Source of the DNA: Podarcis pityusensis
Lineage: Eukaryota
Assembly (NCBI GenBank): GCA_964106645.2
Contig: OZ067043.1
Reading direction: 5' to 3' (one strand)
Length of the DNA stretch: 64,000 nt
Each line of letters opens with the position of its first letter. Within the stretch, counting starts at the first letter, position 1. Made by a program: the position numbers and the translations under genes. Below the pieces are notes generated by a model that was given only the letters and a program-made list of their open reading frames with translations, was not told the DNA's origin and made no database searches. This document shows, one piece after another, positions 47,358 through 60,259 of this stretch.

Positions 47358-50300
47358 TATTCTGAAGAGACTCCACTGGAGCAATAGACTGCAGGAGCAG
47401 CAATCTGACCTGAAAACGATCTGTTTGTCAATACTGCAGACATAAGCGGGAAGACACAAAGAGCACTGCAGATATTTGCCTTCATCGTGCCTCCATCCTG
47501 CAACCACTGTTGAATAGGACTGTCTAAAGCCTCAGACACCCTGTTTGTGGCTTGATTTCCAGGGCTGCCAAACACATGCATTTGTTTTGAACTTCTGCAT
47601 ACTAAATACCTGTGAAAGCCACACCCCTACTCTGAGATCCTTCCAAATATTTTGAAACTTCACGGTGACGCCTATGCCCCCCACACCCACATCCTTGTGC
47701 TTTGCATTCACCACTCTGATGGAAAAGAACTGCCAACCCCAGACTGCATATTCACAGTCCTCTTTTCACCCACAAGCATGCACTGCACAGGGGAGGAACA
47801 AGCCCTGACACTGGACTCCTGAGCCTCTGTAGGTGTGAGTTCAACGAGAAGATTAAAGGAGTAAGTGATCCTGCTAAGTGATCTTGAGTAATTGCTCCCA
47901 GACAGGAAGAGAGGATTGAAGCAATGACCTTCCAAATCCCAAACCACTGCCTTAACCAAAGAAGGAACCTATCTTTTCAAAAGCACGCTACAGCATTACA
48001 CACAAACAAAAGCCCTTCCCCAATGCAGTGCAGGATTGAAAGAAGCTTATGCAGAGAAATAAACAGACTGTGCACCTCTCGGCTACTACACATTTCATCA
48101 GAGAACCTGCATATCAAGCGTGATTACACAACTGGCATGATTACACACCTAGTTGTGTGACTCACATTTACAACAGACATATAAAAAAAATAACACAGCA
48201 CGCCACTAATATGCAGACTGGGCTATCTTCCACTTTGGTGGCCTTACAAAAAGCTAACTTCAGTCCAGTTCGAAAGTCGTTTCTCCTTTAGCCAACCCTA
48301 ACCTGCTTTTATTTTTGTGCAATTAGTGTAGGACATTGTGGGAGAGGGATAAGAGGCTATGTATGCACCATACATTTAAAGCACATTACTTCCCCCAAAG
48401 AATTCTGGGAACTTTACGCCTCACACAGCTATCATACTCAGTACCCATATCAAACTACAGTTCCCAGAACACTTTGGGGGACATAATCAGCTTCAAATGC
48501 ACTGGGTGAGCAGAGTTTAAGATAAAAGGTGACAGAGTCTGTGGCAATACCAGTTCTGAGCTATCAGTTTCTTTTGAACCAAGCACTCAATTATAGGAAG
48601 CTACGTAACCCCACACATGCCCATAGACTAGATATCAAGAGGGGTTTTTTCCTGGGGAATGGATATAATGATGGCAAGGCATATTTACAGTGGAATCCTT
48701 TTGATGCTCATGAAGTATCATAAAGTGTTGAATAATCCAGAGGGCAAAGAAATATCTCTTTAAAAAAACCGTTTAGCACCCATTGCTCACTCCAGGATTG
48801 CTGCTGCAACCATAGTCTAGATCAGGGGATAGGGAACCTATGGCCCTTGCAGTATTGTTGGACTCCAACTTTCAGCAGCCCCAGACAACATGGACAACAT
48901 GGACAGGAGCTGTCATTCATCAACATCTGGAGGACCACAGGTTCCTCACCCCTGATTTAAGGGGGAATGCAACCCACTCTGGAGTGGGGTGAACACCACT
49001 TTCCAGGGCAGAAGAAACCACCAACAGGACGTCTGTCTTGCCTAGACTGAGCTTCAGTTTAGCTACCATTTCTTCACTAAACCTATCCAGAGCTTGATTT
49101 CAGTTTTGCAAAAACAAACATCCAAATCCTTCTCTCTGTTATCGCTCGGAAATTCACCACCCAAACTTGTTTGCCAGCCTGCCTGAGCTTTATTCCCCAT
49201 CTAACAGATTACAAACTTGTTCTGAGACTGTATTACAAAATATTTCATCTTTAGTTTACCCACGTTATGAAGCAGTGTAGATCTTGCACATTAAAAACCA
49301 GGTCCTCACTCTAAAGAAAGCAGGCGCAGCTAGATGAAGGAAGCATTTTCCTTTTTGCACTTTCTCCCCATCCCGAAATGTTAACATCTGCTAGAAGAAA
49401 AAGCAACTGTCAAGGTTCTGCAGTCCTTATCTATAGCCCTTGTGCGTTACTTGGTTGGTGATTGTAACCATCACAGACAATACACTTCTCTGGTGAGCAG
49501 TAGGAGGGAATGATGGAAGACTGACCACTGACTCTAGACCAAGGACATCATCATGAATCATAGCAATCAGCAGGCTTTCAATTGACAATTTCACAAGATC
49601 TGGCCATAAGAGAAGTCAAAACACCCATGTGACAGTGAGGTGAAGGAGAATTAGAGTGCTTCGGGACAGGAGGGGGGGCATAACACAGTAAACATATTCT
49701 TCTGCTATTGGGTTGTTTGGGTGTTTTTAAAAAGCATATAGGATCCCCTCCCCAAGGGTAAATCCAGGTTAAAACCAGGGTGAGGAATACAGGCTGGTAT
49801 TTTGATGCCAACAATATTGCATGGAAGCTGGGTGGGGGGGGACTTGCAACCATGAGGAGTAACCATTTCACAATGGTTGGAAGACCCTTTGTACAATGTT
49901 ACTTCCTTACTGGAACAAACCCTGAGGTGCTAGGAGCAATCTGAATGCAAAGTGTTCTGGTCTGACCTAGGAAGACGTTTAAAAGAGTGCTAAAAGGCAT
50001 AATTAATTATTAATCCTTGGGCAACGAAAGCAAAACAGAAGAGGTGGCACAGTATGGTGCCGGAGACTTTGCACTGTAAACTGCACCTGTCTACCATTCT
50101 GCACTAGATTGCAATTCCAAATGTCACGTTTCCCTAGTGTTCTGTTCAGCCAATCATACTTAGGAAAATTGCATTCTTTCCCAGACTGGAATCATGCTAT
50201 TCATGAATACACCAAGTATAATGTAGTGTGGCTCCACATATATTAATTGGTGCCCATTAGATATTTTTTGTCATAATTAGTGAACAGCAACACAACCCTT

Positions 50301-51709
50301 CCTCCCATGCCCATACCACTTTATGAATTGTTACAAACATTGAAATATAAAGCAAATGGTCCCCACAACCTTGCAGCAAGCCCCTGCAGCAATGTCCTTA
50401 TTTTAAGTTTTCAGAAAAAGTGTTCACATCCCCAGCACTCTTCCCCGGTGACTGCAATGGGTATCAAGCTAGCAATAGCAAAGGATATACCAGGAGAGGG
50501 GGACACTGCATTTGTGTAATTTCCAAGGACCACAGAATCATACATTCTCCATCTCTTCACACCTGGTACTGCACTGGTGCCCCATAAGAGGCCTCAGAAA
50601 GGTCACTTCAGCTCTGCTAACGCAACAAAAGCAAGGCAAGAGGCAGCAGTTACAAGTTCCCATTCTCTGCAGCCACAGCAGGCGCTGTGATTCTCTAGCT
50701 TTTTGCTAGAGCACTCCATTGTCCCTCAAGACAGCGGACAGATGCCAACATAGTGTACACACATGACTCAATAACACTAGTGGTGTTCACCCCATTCCAT
50801 CAATGATACGCAGTCAGATATATGAATGCCAATGTCTAGATCACACCAAGAAAGTCAACCGACATAATATGACAACTTAATGCAGATGCAATAAGGCAGC
50901 TCCAGATGTTTTGGACTACAACTCTGATCAGCCTAAGCCAGCGCAGCGATTTCAGCTGGGGCTGGTGGGAGCAGTAGCTCCAAACATCTGGAGGGCAAAG
51001 CTGCAATAAGCACATGCTGGATGAAAGCAAAACTTAAGATCTTTAAGGATTTCCCATGCAACCAGTGAAAGCACCACACCAACTTAATTTAGCCATAATG
51101 TGAAATGTAAAGCCTTTTAGCATTATCAATGGGACAGTATGTGCTGATAAGTGTGGAGGGAGAATAGCCAGGGAGAATGTGTTGATGCTGCAGAAAACAT
51201 TGGATATATAGGTAACAAAAGGATGCTTTTGCACACACATTGGAAAGCAGTTGCAGAAATGGCAGGGCTTCACTGCAAGTTACTTGTCACTTAAAAAAAA
51301 AAAGCCTGGATAAGCCCTGCACATTGGATTTGTATAGTGCTGAAGAATAAAGTCTTTCAGAATAATGAAGTCACAAGAAGAAGGGTAGTAGTTTCTGGAG
51401 GAGCAGGTTGGTCTGTATGTCACAGATTATCCAGTAGGGCAGGCTTAGGATACTTACTGCTTATGCAATCATGCTTTGCATGAGACTTGCAACAGTTAAA
51501 AGGGCATGAGCTGGAGGGAAACAAATAGAACATTCTGAACTTTCCTCATCTACCCCTCATACTTTCTGAACTTTTAGGCTTTTCCTCATATTTCCTGCCA
51601 GATAATAACTGACAAAAATGTTGAACTTTTGCTGGGTTTCCCTCCCAGTTCATTTAGCGAGCCAGTCTGGTCACAATGGAACTGATGCACACAAACCATC
51701 ATGCTAAAC

Positions 51710-51839
51710 CAGGCTTCCTCAACATCGGCCCTCCAGATGTTTTTGGCCTACAACGCCCATGAGCTAGCAGGACCAGTGGTCAGGAATGATGGGGAATGTA
51801 GTCGCAAAACATCTGGAGGGCCGAGGTTGAGGAAGCCTG
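51710..51839. mobile_element. hAT-type palindromic MITE
   Basis: caggcttcctcaac / gttgaggaagcctg TIRs, 8-bp TSD tgctaaac. Confidence 0.85.
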
Positions 51840-53749
51840 TGCTAAACCATAGTTCAGTGTGACATGCACAAACTTGAACTAGCTACAGCATGATTTGTGT
51901 TTGCATGCTTCCCCCTCTGCTCCTGCACAGTCAGGAGTAATTCAAAAACATTAGTTTGCCATTTTGTCCAAATTGACAAACTGAGGTTAACATTAACTAT
52001 GGGTTGTTTAAAACAAGCCACCTTGTTTAGGGCGACATGTGAGCGCACACACACACACACACACACCACCTTCCTTCCTATTTTATTTATTGTGTGGAAA
52101 TGAAGTGCATTCAGTTATAATATAAACACAAAAGAAAAATACTTACAAAAAATGTAGCAAGCTTTCAGTGTAAGAACAGAAAGGACAACATCTAGAGTTC
52201 AGAACCCACCAAAAGTTTCTAGTGCTGCTGTTTCAACTAAAGAACAACCTACAACTTAATTGAGTAAGCTCAGCGACTGAAATCCTGGAAGTCTAGATCT
52301 GGAACCAAACTTTCTGGATTTTTGCTCTCCTCCAAGAAGACACTTTTCACATGCTGTTTACTTCTGCTGTGAAAGGTCCCCAAGACCACTCTAATGCTCA
52401 TTCTGTCCTTAATGAAAAAGCCAGCAACATGGGACAGGCTTGTACAACATGCCTCCCCAGGGAACTGTGCTACACTCTGCATTGTAACAAACTACATCAA
52501 GGACTCAACAGACACACTCTTTTCCTTTCGAGTCAGCAAGGAGTTGCACTTAATTGTTTTTTTCCTGCAAAAGAATTAGGCTGCCGTGACAGTTAAACAA
52601 TTAGAGGTACAGGTGGTGTGAGTAAGAACTAGAGAGAGCCCTACAGCCATCCCTTTTTGTCGTCTGCACATCTGCTGCAGCAAAAGACATGCCACCTGGC
52701 TGCTAAAAAAGAAAGGGGCCAGTATGGATTATTACTTGGGAGCCAGAGGCATCCGCAATTTGCATTCATATTTCAGCATTGCACTTTATCAGCACACACA
52801 CAAGCAGTTCTCTCTGCTTATTCTGTGGAGGTGGCTTATAGGAGGCCTTACACACCAATCTCCCTTTCATAGTCACGCATCCCTAACCAGCTACAAGTAG
52901 GTATACAACACAGAAAGAAGTTTTATGGTCCTTCTCCCCTTCACCTTCCAACACCTAGGAGAGCAACATTTCCTGTTTTCAGCAAAGCGCCAAGTAGATA
53001 GAAGATAAGTTTAACTTCGTTTCAGCAATTAAAATTGCCTAAGCCAAGGAGGAAGTAAGCATGAGAACCAGGAAGTGTAAACTCTGTTAGTCAAGGTGCT
53101 GCAGTGGTTATCAAGCCTGCCAAGCACACGTAGGTACTAAAGGATGCAGATAGCACATGCACATTATCTGCACAAATTTTGATGTGCCCTAGTTTTATTA
53201 AACATAAGGCACCTGCAATGGGACAAGAGGGGTGGGAGGTCTTGGTTTCGGATGGTCACAAGGCTCAATGAAGGAATAGGGCGGGAAGCCCAATAGTTGC
53301 ATCTTCTCTCATTGTTGGGAAAATTTAAAATTATACTCCTTGTCTCCAAATTGAGGATCAATGAACTTGGTCACAGGGTTGTCCGTAAGATTGCAGGTGC
53401 AGGATAGGCAGAAATTCAGCTGACAACTTTCAGGTGTGGAGATGCAGTTAATACCATTTGCCTGAATAGCAAAAGGTGTAGGCAAGATGTTGGCAAGGGT
53501 TAATTTGCTGGAGGCAAGTGCTAATTTGTAGAATTAAAGAAAAATGTAAGACTTAAGTCAGTTTGAAAGCCACAGTGTGAATTAACAGCCTCGCTACTAA
53601 CAGGAGATGCGCAAAGTCCCCATTCTCCACCACCGCCAATGCAGACTCGTACTCTTCGTATTACTTCGGGACTGAAAGGAGGAGGAACCGAGCCCTTTCT
53701 ACCAGTCGTAAAAAGTAAGGCGATACAAAGACGTCATCTTACACAACAT

Positions 53750-55450
53750 ACTCAAGCCAGCTGGAGCGCTCAAAGAACCCCTCCCATTCCCTAGGCACGT
53801 GGTCTATAAAGCCGAGCCCGTAATCCAACCAACAGGGATGGTCCAAGGCTCCAAGCCCTCAATCATCCACACCGCAGGATCCAAGAGGATCCCTTGCGAG
53901 GTCGCGGAGAATGCTGGGGCGCAGCTCGCAGATCACGCACTTTTTTGGGGGCGCTTCTACGGCTACCCTTGCCCCGCCCATCAACTATCAGCCCGGAGTC
54001 CTACCCGTCCCCATTGTGATGGGTACCTTTCCCGAGCCCCCAGGGGTTAAGATTCCCCCACACTTTTAATGGGGGACACCCGCGCCCTATTATCTCCTGG
54101 TTAGTCTCTGCTGCCTTGGAAGGCATGGGGGCGGGGACCCCCTCCCAGATCAAAGTTTTAAGCTGCAAGCGGCTCCCTCCTACCTAAAGCTCCGACCGCA
54201 GGGGCTTCCCTCTCCTTTGAGCTCCTTGTCCCATGCGTAAGGTCGCTTCTCAAAGCCGTTTCCCGCATCCTCTACCTTCAGCGCCCACGGCTCAGCGCAT
54301 ACGCAAAGAGGGCCTAGTTATGACTGGCCGCGGAGGGAGGAAGAAGAGAACAGGGCAGCCGCGCACTCTGTACATGCTCAGAGGGACCCCGGGCTTTGCC
54401 ATTGGCTCTCGCGTTCCAAAGCTGAGCCGCGGCTGCTTGCCACGAACACCCGCGTTTAGACCTATCCGTTGTGCCCTGGCACCCGAGGCGCACGGCAATT
54501 CCTTTCTGCCCGCCTTGCCCAGTGGGTTGAGCCAGGCGCGCAGCGATAGCGCCGGTCTCTGGGGCTGCCGAGCACGCAGCCCGGCTGGCGATCGAGGGCG
54601 CCCCTCGGCTCCGTTGCCACTTTACCTCCTCCTTCCCGGTTGCGCTCCGCTTCTTCCGCCGCCGGGGCTCCTCGGCTTCTCCCCGCTAGGAGTGGCTTGT
54701 GCTTAGGCTGCTGGAAGCCTAAGCAGAGACTGCTCCCCCCCCCCTCGCTGCCTTTCTGGATCGGAAAACGCGGCTCAACTGCTCCCTCGGCTCCGCAGGG
54801 CGGAGGAGAGGGGACGGCAGCATCGCGCGCTCGGGCTGCGAGGCTGCCGGAGCCACATAGCCCAGAGGCGGAGCTTCTTGCCCGGGCACTTTAAAAACTC
54901 CTTGTGCAACCTAAAGAAGACTGCAGCAGCAAGGAAGATAATAATCCCAAAGCGAGGGTAATACGACCCTTCACAGGGTTTTTTTGGAAAAACAAATAAA
55001 TGCGCGAATGCTTAGCGTGGGATCCGTTTACAAATGCTGACATAAAGCACAGAGGGGCCTAGGATGTACGATCCAACTATTTTTATTTCATTTTATTTTG
55101 CTGTGTAGCCGTCACACATGTCGAGTTAAAAGTGAAGCCCTCTTGGCCTCACGTGTTGCCCATGCGCGCTGCTCCCACCGGAAACGAGTTGCCCCCAAAA
55201 CGCTCTGCCGGTGCAACGTTTTTTATATCCTACCTTTCTTCCACAGTCCTCAAGCCAGCATGCAAAGGACTTCCAGGAAGCCTCCAGGACAGGCACCGTC
55301 GGGTTCCCAGATCGGCTAAGCTTCAGCGAGGGTGTTTCATCCCGTGCCCTCCGACTTTATCCGGGACCGGTGGTCTGGGACAGGAAATTCAGCGTCACTT
55401 GCGACCAGAGAGCAGGGAGGGGAGAAATTCCTTTAAGCGTTACTTCTTGC
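53750..55450. promoter_or_regulatory. CpG island, probable MICAL1 promoter; candidate non-coding exon 1 from about 54860 to 54626 on -
   Basis: Only long CpG-rich, GC-rich block in the window. - strand donor GAG|gtaaag at 54626/54625, TTTAAA-like box near 54890, GC boxes. Confidence 0.7.
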
Positions 55451-56558
55451 CCTTTCCTTAGGGCTGATTCATACATGTGTGGTGGCTGCACAGGAAATGC
55501 TATCCTGATCCACTGGATGTGTTGATGGCATGCATGACGTGACAGCCCACCTCGATTTCACCACACACCGCCTTTTGCTCATCTGTGGTGATGCTTGAGA
55601 ATTGCAGGGCCTGGGTGTTCGCATGTGCTAGTACTGCGCAATGAAACACATGCGTACACAGTGTGTTGGTTGTGTTGCCACAATCAAAAGACAATAGGAT
55701 ATATATGATCATAAGTAGCTTTGAAAAGAAAATAAAGCACCTCTGTTTGCTGTAGTGCAGGGCTGGCTCAAGTCATTTTCTGCCTGAGGCAAAGGACATG
55801 GTAGTGCCCTCACTGTTCCAGGTACATAAGTCAACAGGACAGCTGAATACTATTTCAACGATGGCAATGGCCTCCACCACAATTGACGGCAGCAGGCTAA
55901 CCATGGGGGTGCCACAGTACAGCTGGCCCTGCTGTGGTGCAAAATGCTACAAGAACATTCAGTGCATAACGTTACAACAAGAACAGGCACCTCATGAAAT
56001 TAACATGCTTTTTAAAAATACAATTGTAGGTTCACCTGTGTCATCTGCCGCTTTCAGCATCAACTTCATTTGCTGCAAATGCCCCTCTCTTCTCACATCT
56101 TCATATTCCTCTTGGTTATCTGCTTGTTCTCTGCCTGAAGGCTACATTTAGATGGTGGTTTCCTGTCTAGCTGATTTAGTGCCTGACCAGAGGCAGAGGG
56201 GAAGTACAGCAAGGAGGGAAGAGGTACCAACCAGCTTGAAGGCTGTATACTTCAGTTCCTGTTTTGTTGAATTGTGTCAGCACCTGCAACAATCTTTTAA
56301 GCTCCCAGTCTGCCATTTGGACTAACAGCACTCAGCACCAGGGGACAGTCCCCTTAGCCCAGTGGCTCTCAGAGGATGTGGCACGCCAACCTGGTGTGGC
56401 AGGAGAGGACGGCAAGTGTGGCAGGAAGATTCAAGGACAATCAATTTTTTATTTTAGGAATGATTCAGTAGCAGTATGATTATGCAGCTGCATTGTTTTA
56501 TCATTTCTGGGTGTCCCATGAACATATTATAAAATTGTTGTGTTCTATGTTCAACTAG

Positions 56559-56912
56559 AAGGGACGCGGGTGGAGCTGTGGGTTAAACCACAGAGCCTAG
56601 GGCTTGCCGATCAGAAGGTCGGCGGTTCGAATCCCTGCGACGGGGTGAGCTCCCATTGCTCAGTCCCTGCTCCTGCCAACTTAGCAGTTCAAAAGCACAT
56701 CAAAGTGCAAGTAGATAAATAAGTACTGCTCCGACGGGAAAGTAAACGGCGTTTCCGTGCGCTGCTCTGGTTCGCCAGAAGCGGCTTAGTCATGCTGGCC
56801 ACATGACCCGGAAGCTGTATGCTGGCTCCCTCAGCCAATAAAGCGAGATGAGCGCTACAACCCCAGAGTCAGCCACGACTGGACCTAATGGTCAGGGGTC
56901 CCTATACCTTTA
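56559..56912 (+). mobile_element. Full-length Sauria SINE
   Basis: tRNA-like head with B box ggttcgaatcc, acctttac tail, 14-bp TSD ctatgttcaactag at 56545-56558 and 56913-56926. Confidence 0.9.
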
Positions 56913-57492
56913 CTATGTTCAACTAGGAGTTGTTTCTTTTTGTTTTCCAATAAAAAATTCAGTGCGGCACGAGCAAATTTTCCTTCCGAAAGTGTGGCCT
57001 AGAGAAAAAAGTCTGACAACCACTGCCTTAGCCCTTGCTGCTGCCAGGTGTGCCAAATTCAGATTGCAGCACCTGAAAACCCCTCTGGCCAGAAGTACAG
57101 GCAGGTCTTCTGTGATTGTTCAGCTGCAATTCCTGCATTGTTTTGAGTTGAACTAGATGACCCTTGAGATCCCTTTCCAGTTCTATGATCATCTCTTTTT
57201 CTAGTTGGCCATGTTTGGCCCCATAAAATATTTTGAATCTGTTAACTTTGCTTTTCAAGGGCTGTAGCTCTGGTAAAAGCATCTGCTTAGTATGCAGAAG
57301 GTCCAAGCTTCTCTCCTGGTGGGGCTGGGAATGTTCCATGTTTGAAAACCTTGGAAAGCTGCTGCCAATAAGTGTACACAGTACTGAGCTGGCTGGAAGA
57401 GTTTCCTAAGAGGCACACCACCTTTGGGAACGAGACTGTTCTGGGTGGAGTAATAATCGTTCCCTCTGTATACAAAACTTGGTGAGCATTGT

Positions 57493-57533
<41 letters not shown>
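57493..57533. repeat. (TG)n(AG)n microsatellite
   Basis: Read directly. Confidence 0.9.
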
Positions 57534-57534
<1 letters not shown>

Positions 57535-58042
57535 TCTCTAACACAGTCATGCTTTTGAGCCTCCACCACCCACAGTCCCAGATTGCAGCTGAAGGAAGGT
57601 GTGTTGTGTTTGCAGGAGAGACACATGTCAATGCTCCTGAAAGGTCATGTTGACTCTCTCTGGGTCTTCTTCCTGTCCTCTGCATGCATCCTTTCCTGAG
57701 GTAAACAGCACCTGTCACATTAAACGACTTCTTACAGGGTTGCCTTGCATCCTTCTTTCAACTCCCCCCCTCCATCCCATGTTCCTAGATAATAAATCCA
57801 GCTTTGTTTTGACTTTCAAACGGGGGTGGGGGGAGGCACTGTGCTTCACAAAAGATGAGCACTTTCTTCAGCATCCAGTTTTATTGTCTTTTCCTTATTG
57901 GCGCAATGGCACTTATCGGGCAGAAGAGAGGCGCCCTCTTCTCCTTTCCTTCTTGCAGACCAGCCGTCTACATCCTTACTCAGAAGATCGTCCCACTGAA
58001 TTCAATGGGGCACACTCCCAAATAATTACGATTAGGATTGTA

Positions 58043-58284
58043 CAGTGGTACCTCGGGTTACATACACTTCAGGTTACATATGCTTCAGATTACAGACTCC
58101 GCTAACCCAGAAATAGTGCTTCAGATTAAGAACTTTGCTTCAGGATGAGAACAGAAATCGTGCTCTGGCTGCGCGGCAGCAGCAGGAGGCCCCATTAGCT
58201 AAAGTGGTGCTTCAGGTTAACAACAGTTTCAGGTTAAGAACGGACCTCCAGAACGAATTAAGTACTTAACCTGAGGTACCACTG
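58043..58284. mobile_element. Tc1/mariner-type MITE (same family as 47127, opposite orientation)
   Basis: TA|cagtggtacctc ... gaggtaccactg|TA. Confidence 0.85.
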
Positions 58285-58352
58285 TAGTAGTGAATGAGGA
58301 AGTTAATACCCATTCTCATAGCGATGCCCTTCAGCTGCACTGAGTGGGCATC

Positions 58353-58370
58353 GGCACCACCTGCTGGCGG
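58353..58370 (-). promoter_or_regulatory. Candidate CTCF binding site
   Basis: - strand CCGCCAGCAGGTGGTGCC closely matches the CTCF core CC(A/G)(C/G)(C/T)AG(A/G)(G/T)GGC; lies in a small CpG-retaining patch. Confidence 0.5.
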
Positions 58371-59708
58371 AGAGAAATGCTGCGCCACACATCAACCCAT
58401 CTGTATGCACTACGACCGTGCAGCAGCTGTCACGATACAACAAATCCTTTTCCGTGTTCACGTCTGGGTACATTCAGGAGCAGACGTTCAGAGCCCCACT
58501 CACAGCAGGAGGGCTCCCCAAACACAACAGGGCCGTTTTATCACACTTTGACGTGATACACCTCATCTAAGGAGGGTCCCCCGGTAAGGCCATCTGGAGG
58601 CTAAAATGATCCAAGTTCACTACCGATTCTTTAAAAACGTTTTGTGGCCTCGCAGAGCAATGTTTGCAATGATGTGCTTCTACCATGCTGCTGCTGCTGC
58701 AATGCAAACAAAACCTGAGGGCAACCTTTTAAACAAAGGGCAGGAAAACTGCTGACGTGCCTTGTTTGCATATAATGGTAAGCCTAACCATGAGCTAAGT
58801 GAACAAGCAAGCATGCGAGTGCGCTTTGCTGCTTCCTCCTGCTGCTGCTGCACAACTGACAGAGAAGCCATGGTTTGGAGTAGTGTTTCATGCCAGCGCT
58901 GTAGCAGCAATAAGGAGCTTGTTTTTCCTGGTGGGGGTGGTCAACCTTTCCTCCGGTCACTTAGCAACAGTGATTAAGCGAACAAGCCTCCTGACCAATG
59001 GTGCTGTCTGTTGAGGGCCAAAGTCATGTTTTTTAAAAAGTGAAAATTAAAAATCTGTGGTTCCTGCTGGTACATGCATACCCCCAATACCCCGCTGTCA
59101 GCAGCCCTGAGTGAAGCAATTTTCTAACGGTGCACCTGCACAACTTCTCATTCATATTTAGCTATGGCTTGGCTTAGGGTTACTGACATGCCAGGCCGTA
59201 AATATGAGATTCAATTTCAACTGAGCAGTGGTAAAATGAAGTAGCAAGATACAAAGGTGGTCTGATCCCTATAGTCCCAAACTGCTCTCTGGTGAACCTC
59301 AGTGTGAACAACGCTATACAAACCTAATGTTCTAATATACCTGCCACTTCACAGGGACTCTGAAGGATATTTAACCTCCAAAGATAGAAGAAATGTCTTA
59401 GCTGGAGTTCTCTGAAGAGTTGCAAGCATTATCTCTATTAGACAACTGTTAGGCTTGTTGGGCTTATGCTGAGGACACCAATGGAGTAGTAGCAGCTAAA
59501 ATCACCTCTCGGATTCAGATGAAGTCCCGCCTGCAGACCTCTCCAGCTCTTTTCGCACAAGCCAGCCTGTTAGAACCACATCCCAGGCAGTGTTCACTGG
59601 TCACACATGAAACAGGGCCTCCTTTCTATTTTTATTTTTCAGAAGTAAACTGTCCAGGATTTTGATGGTGCAAAGTCCTGGCATGGTTATTCTGCTCCTT
59701 ATGTGACT

Positions 59709-59757
59709 TTAAGAATCAGAGGTTGTAAATGGGTATTGTTTCTGCAGCTCCAGGATC
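59709..59757 (-). CDS. Putative terminal coding exon of the same unidentified gene (ILELQKQYPFTTSDS*)
   Basis: ctgatcag| acceptor in phase 2, TAA, then AATAAA on - at 59636-59631. Confidence 0.42.
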
Positions 59758-60259
59758 CTGATCAGAATGAGGCAAGCAACCCCCAGAAAAAACAGCCACA
59801 ACAAAACCCAGTAGTAGGTGGGCATGGAGAACCAGGCTCTGCAAAGCTCCATTTTAGATCCTTTGCACCTGCCAGGAAAAAAAAGAGAGAAAATAATCAC
59901 CTGGTGCAGTCAGTCAACTATCAGTCTGATGCCCTGCCATAAGCTAGGCCCAGTAAGCTCCGGCTTCCATTATTTGTAGCCTTCATAAGAATGAGAGTAC
60001 TTTTAACAACACTAAGGAAACACTAAATTATGTAAAATGTAAAATGTATAAACACAAATTTATACATTCCTCCTGAAACAGCTGAATTCTGCAATCTATA
60101 CTGAATGTGCACATTTACACACATTTTTGTATTATTTCATGTCGTTTATCAATTCCATGGTCATAAAGGCTAAACATTTTACATTTCTTTTACAAAAATA
60201 GTTCCTCACAGAATGCTGAATTCCCAGAAATGAAAATACAGCAGAACAGGCCTGCTAGA

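Noticed and set aside
54233-54706. 157-aa ORF in the CpG island
   Set aside because: Low-complexity R/P/G/A composition typical of GC-rich non-coding DNA; no domain or splice support
59506-59566. Alternative terminal or internal exon for the unidentified gene (LACAKRAGEVCRRDFI*)
   Set aside because: Plausible acceptor, but it lies beyond the AATAAA at 59636-59631; the 59757 exon fits better. Not fully excluded.
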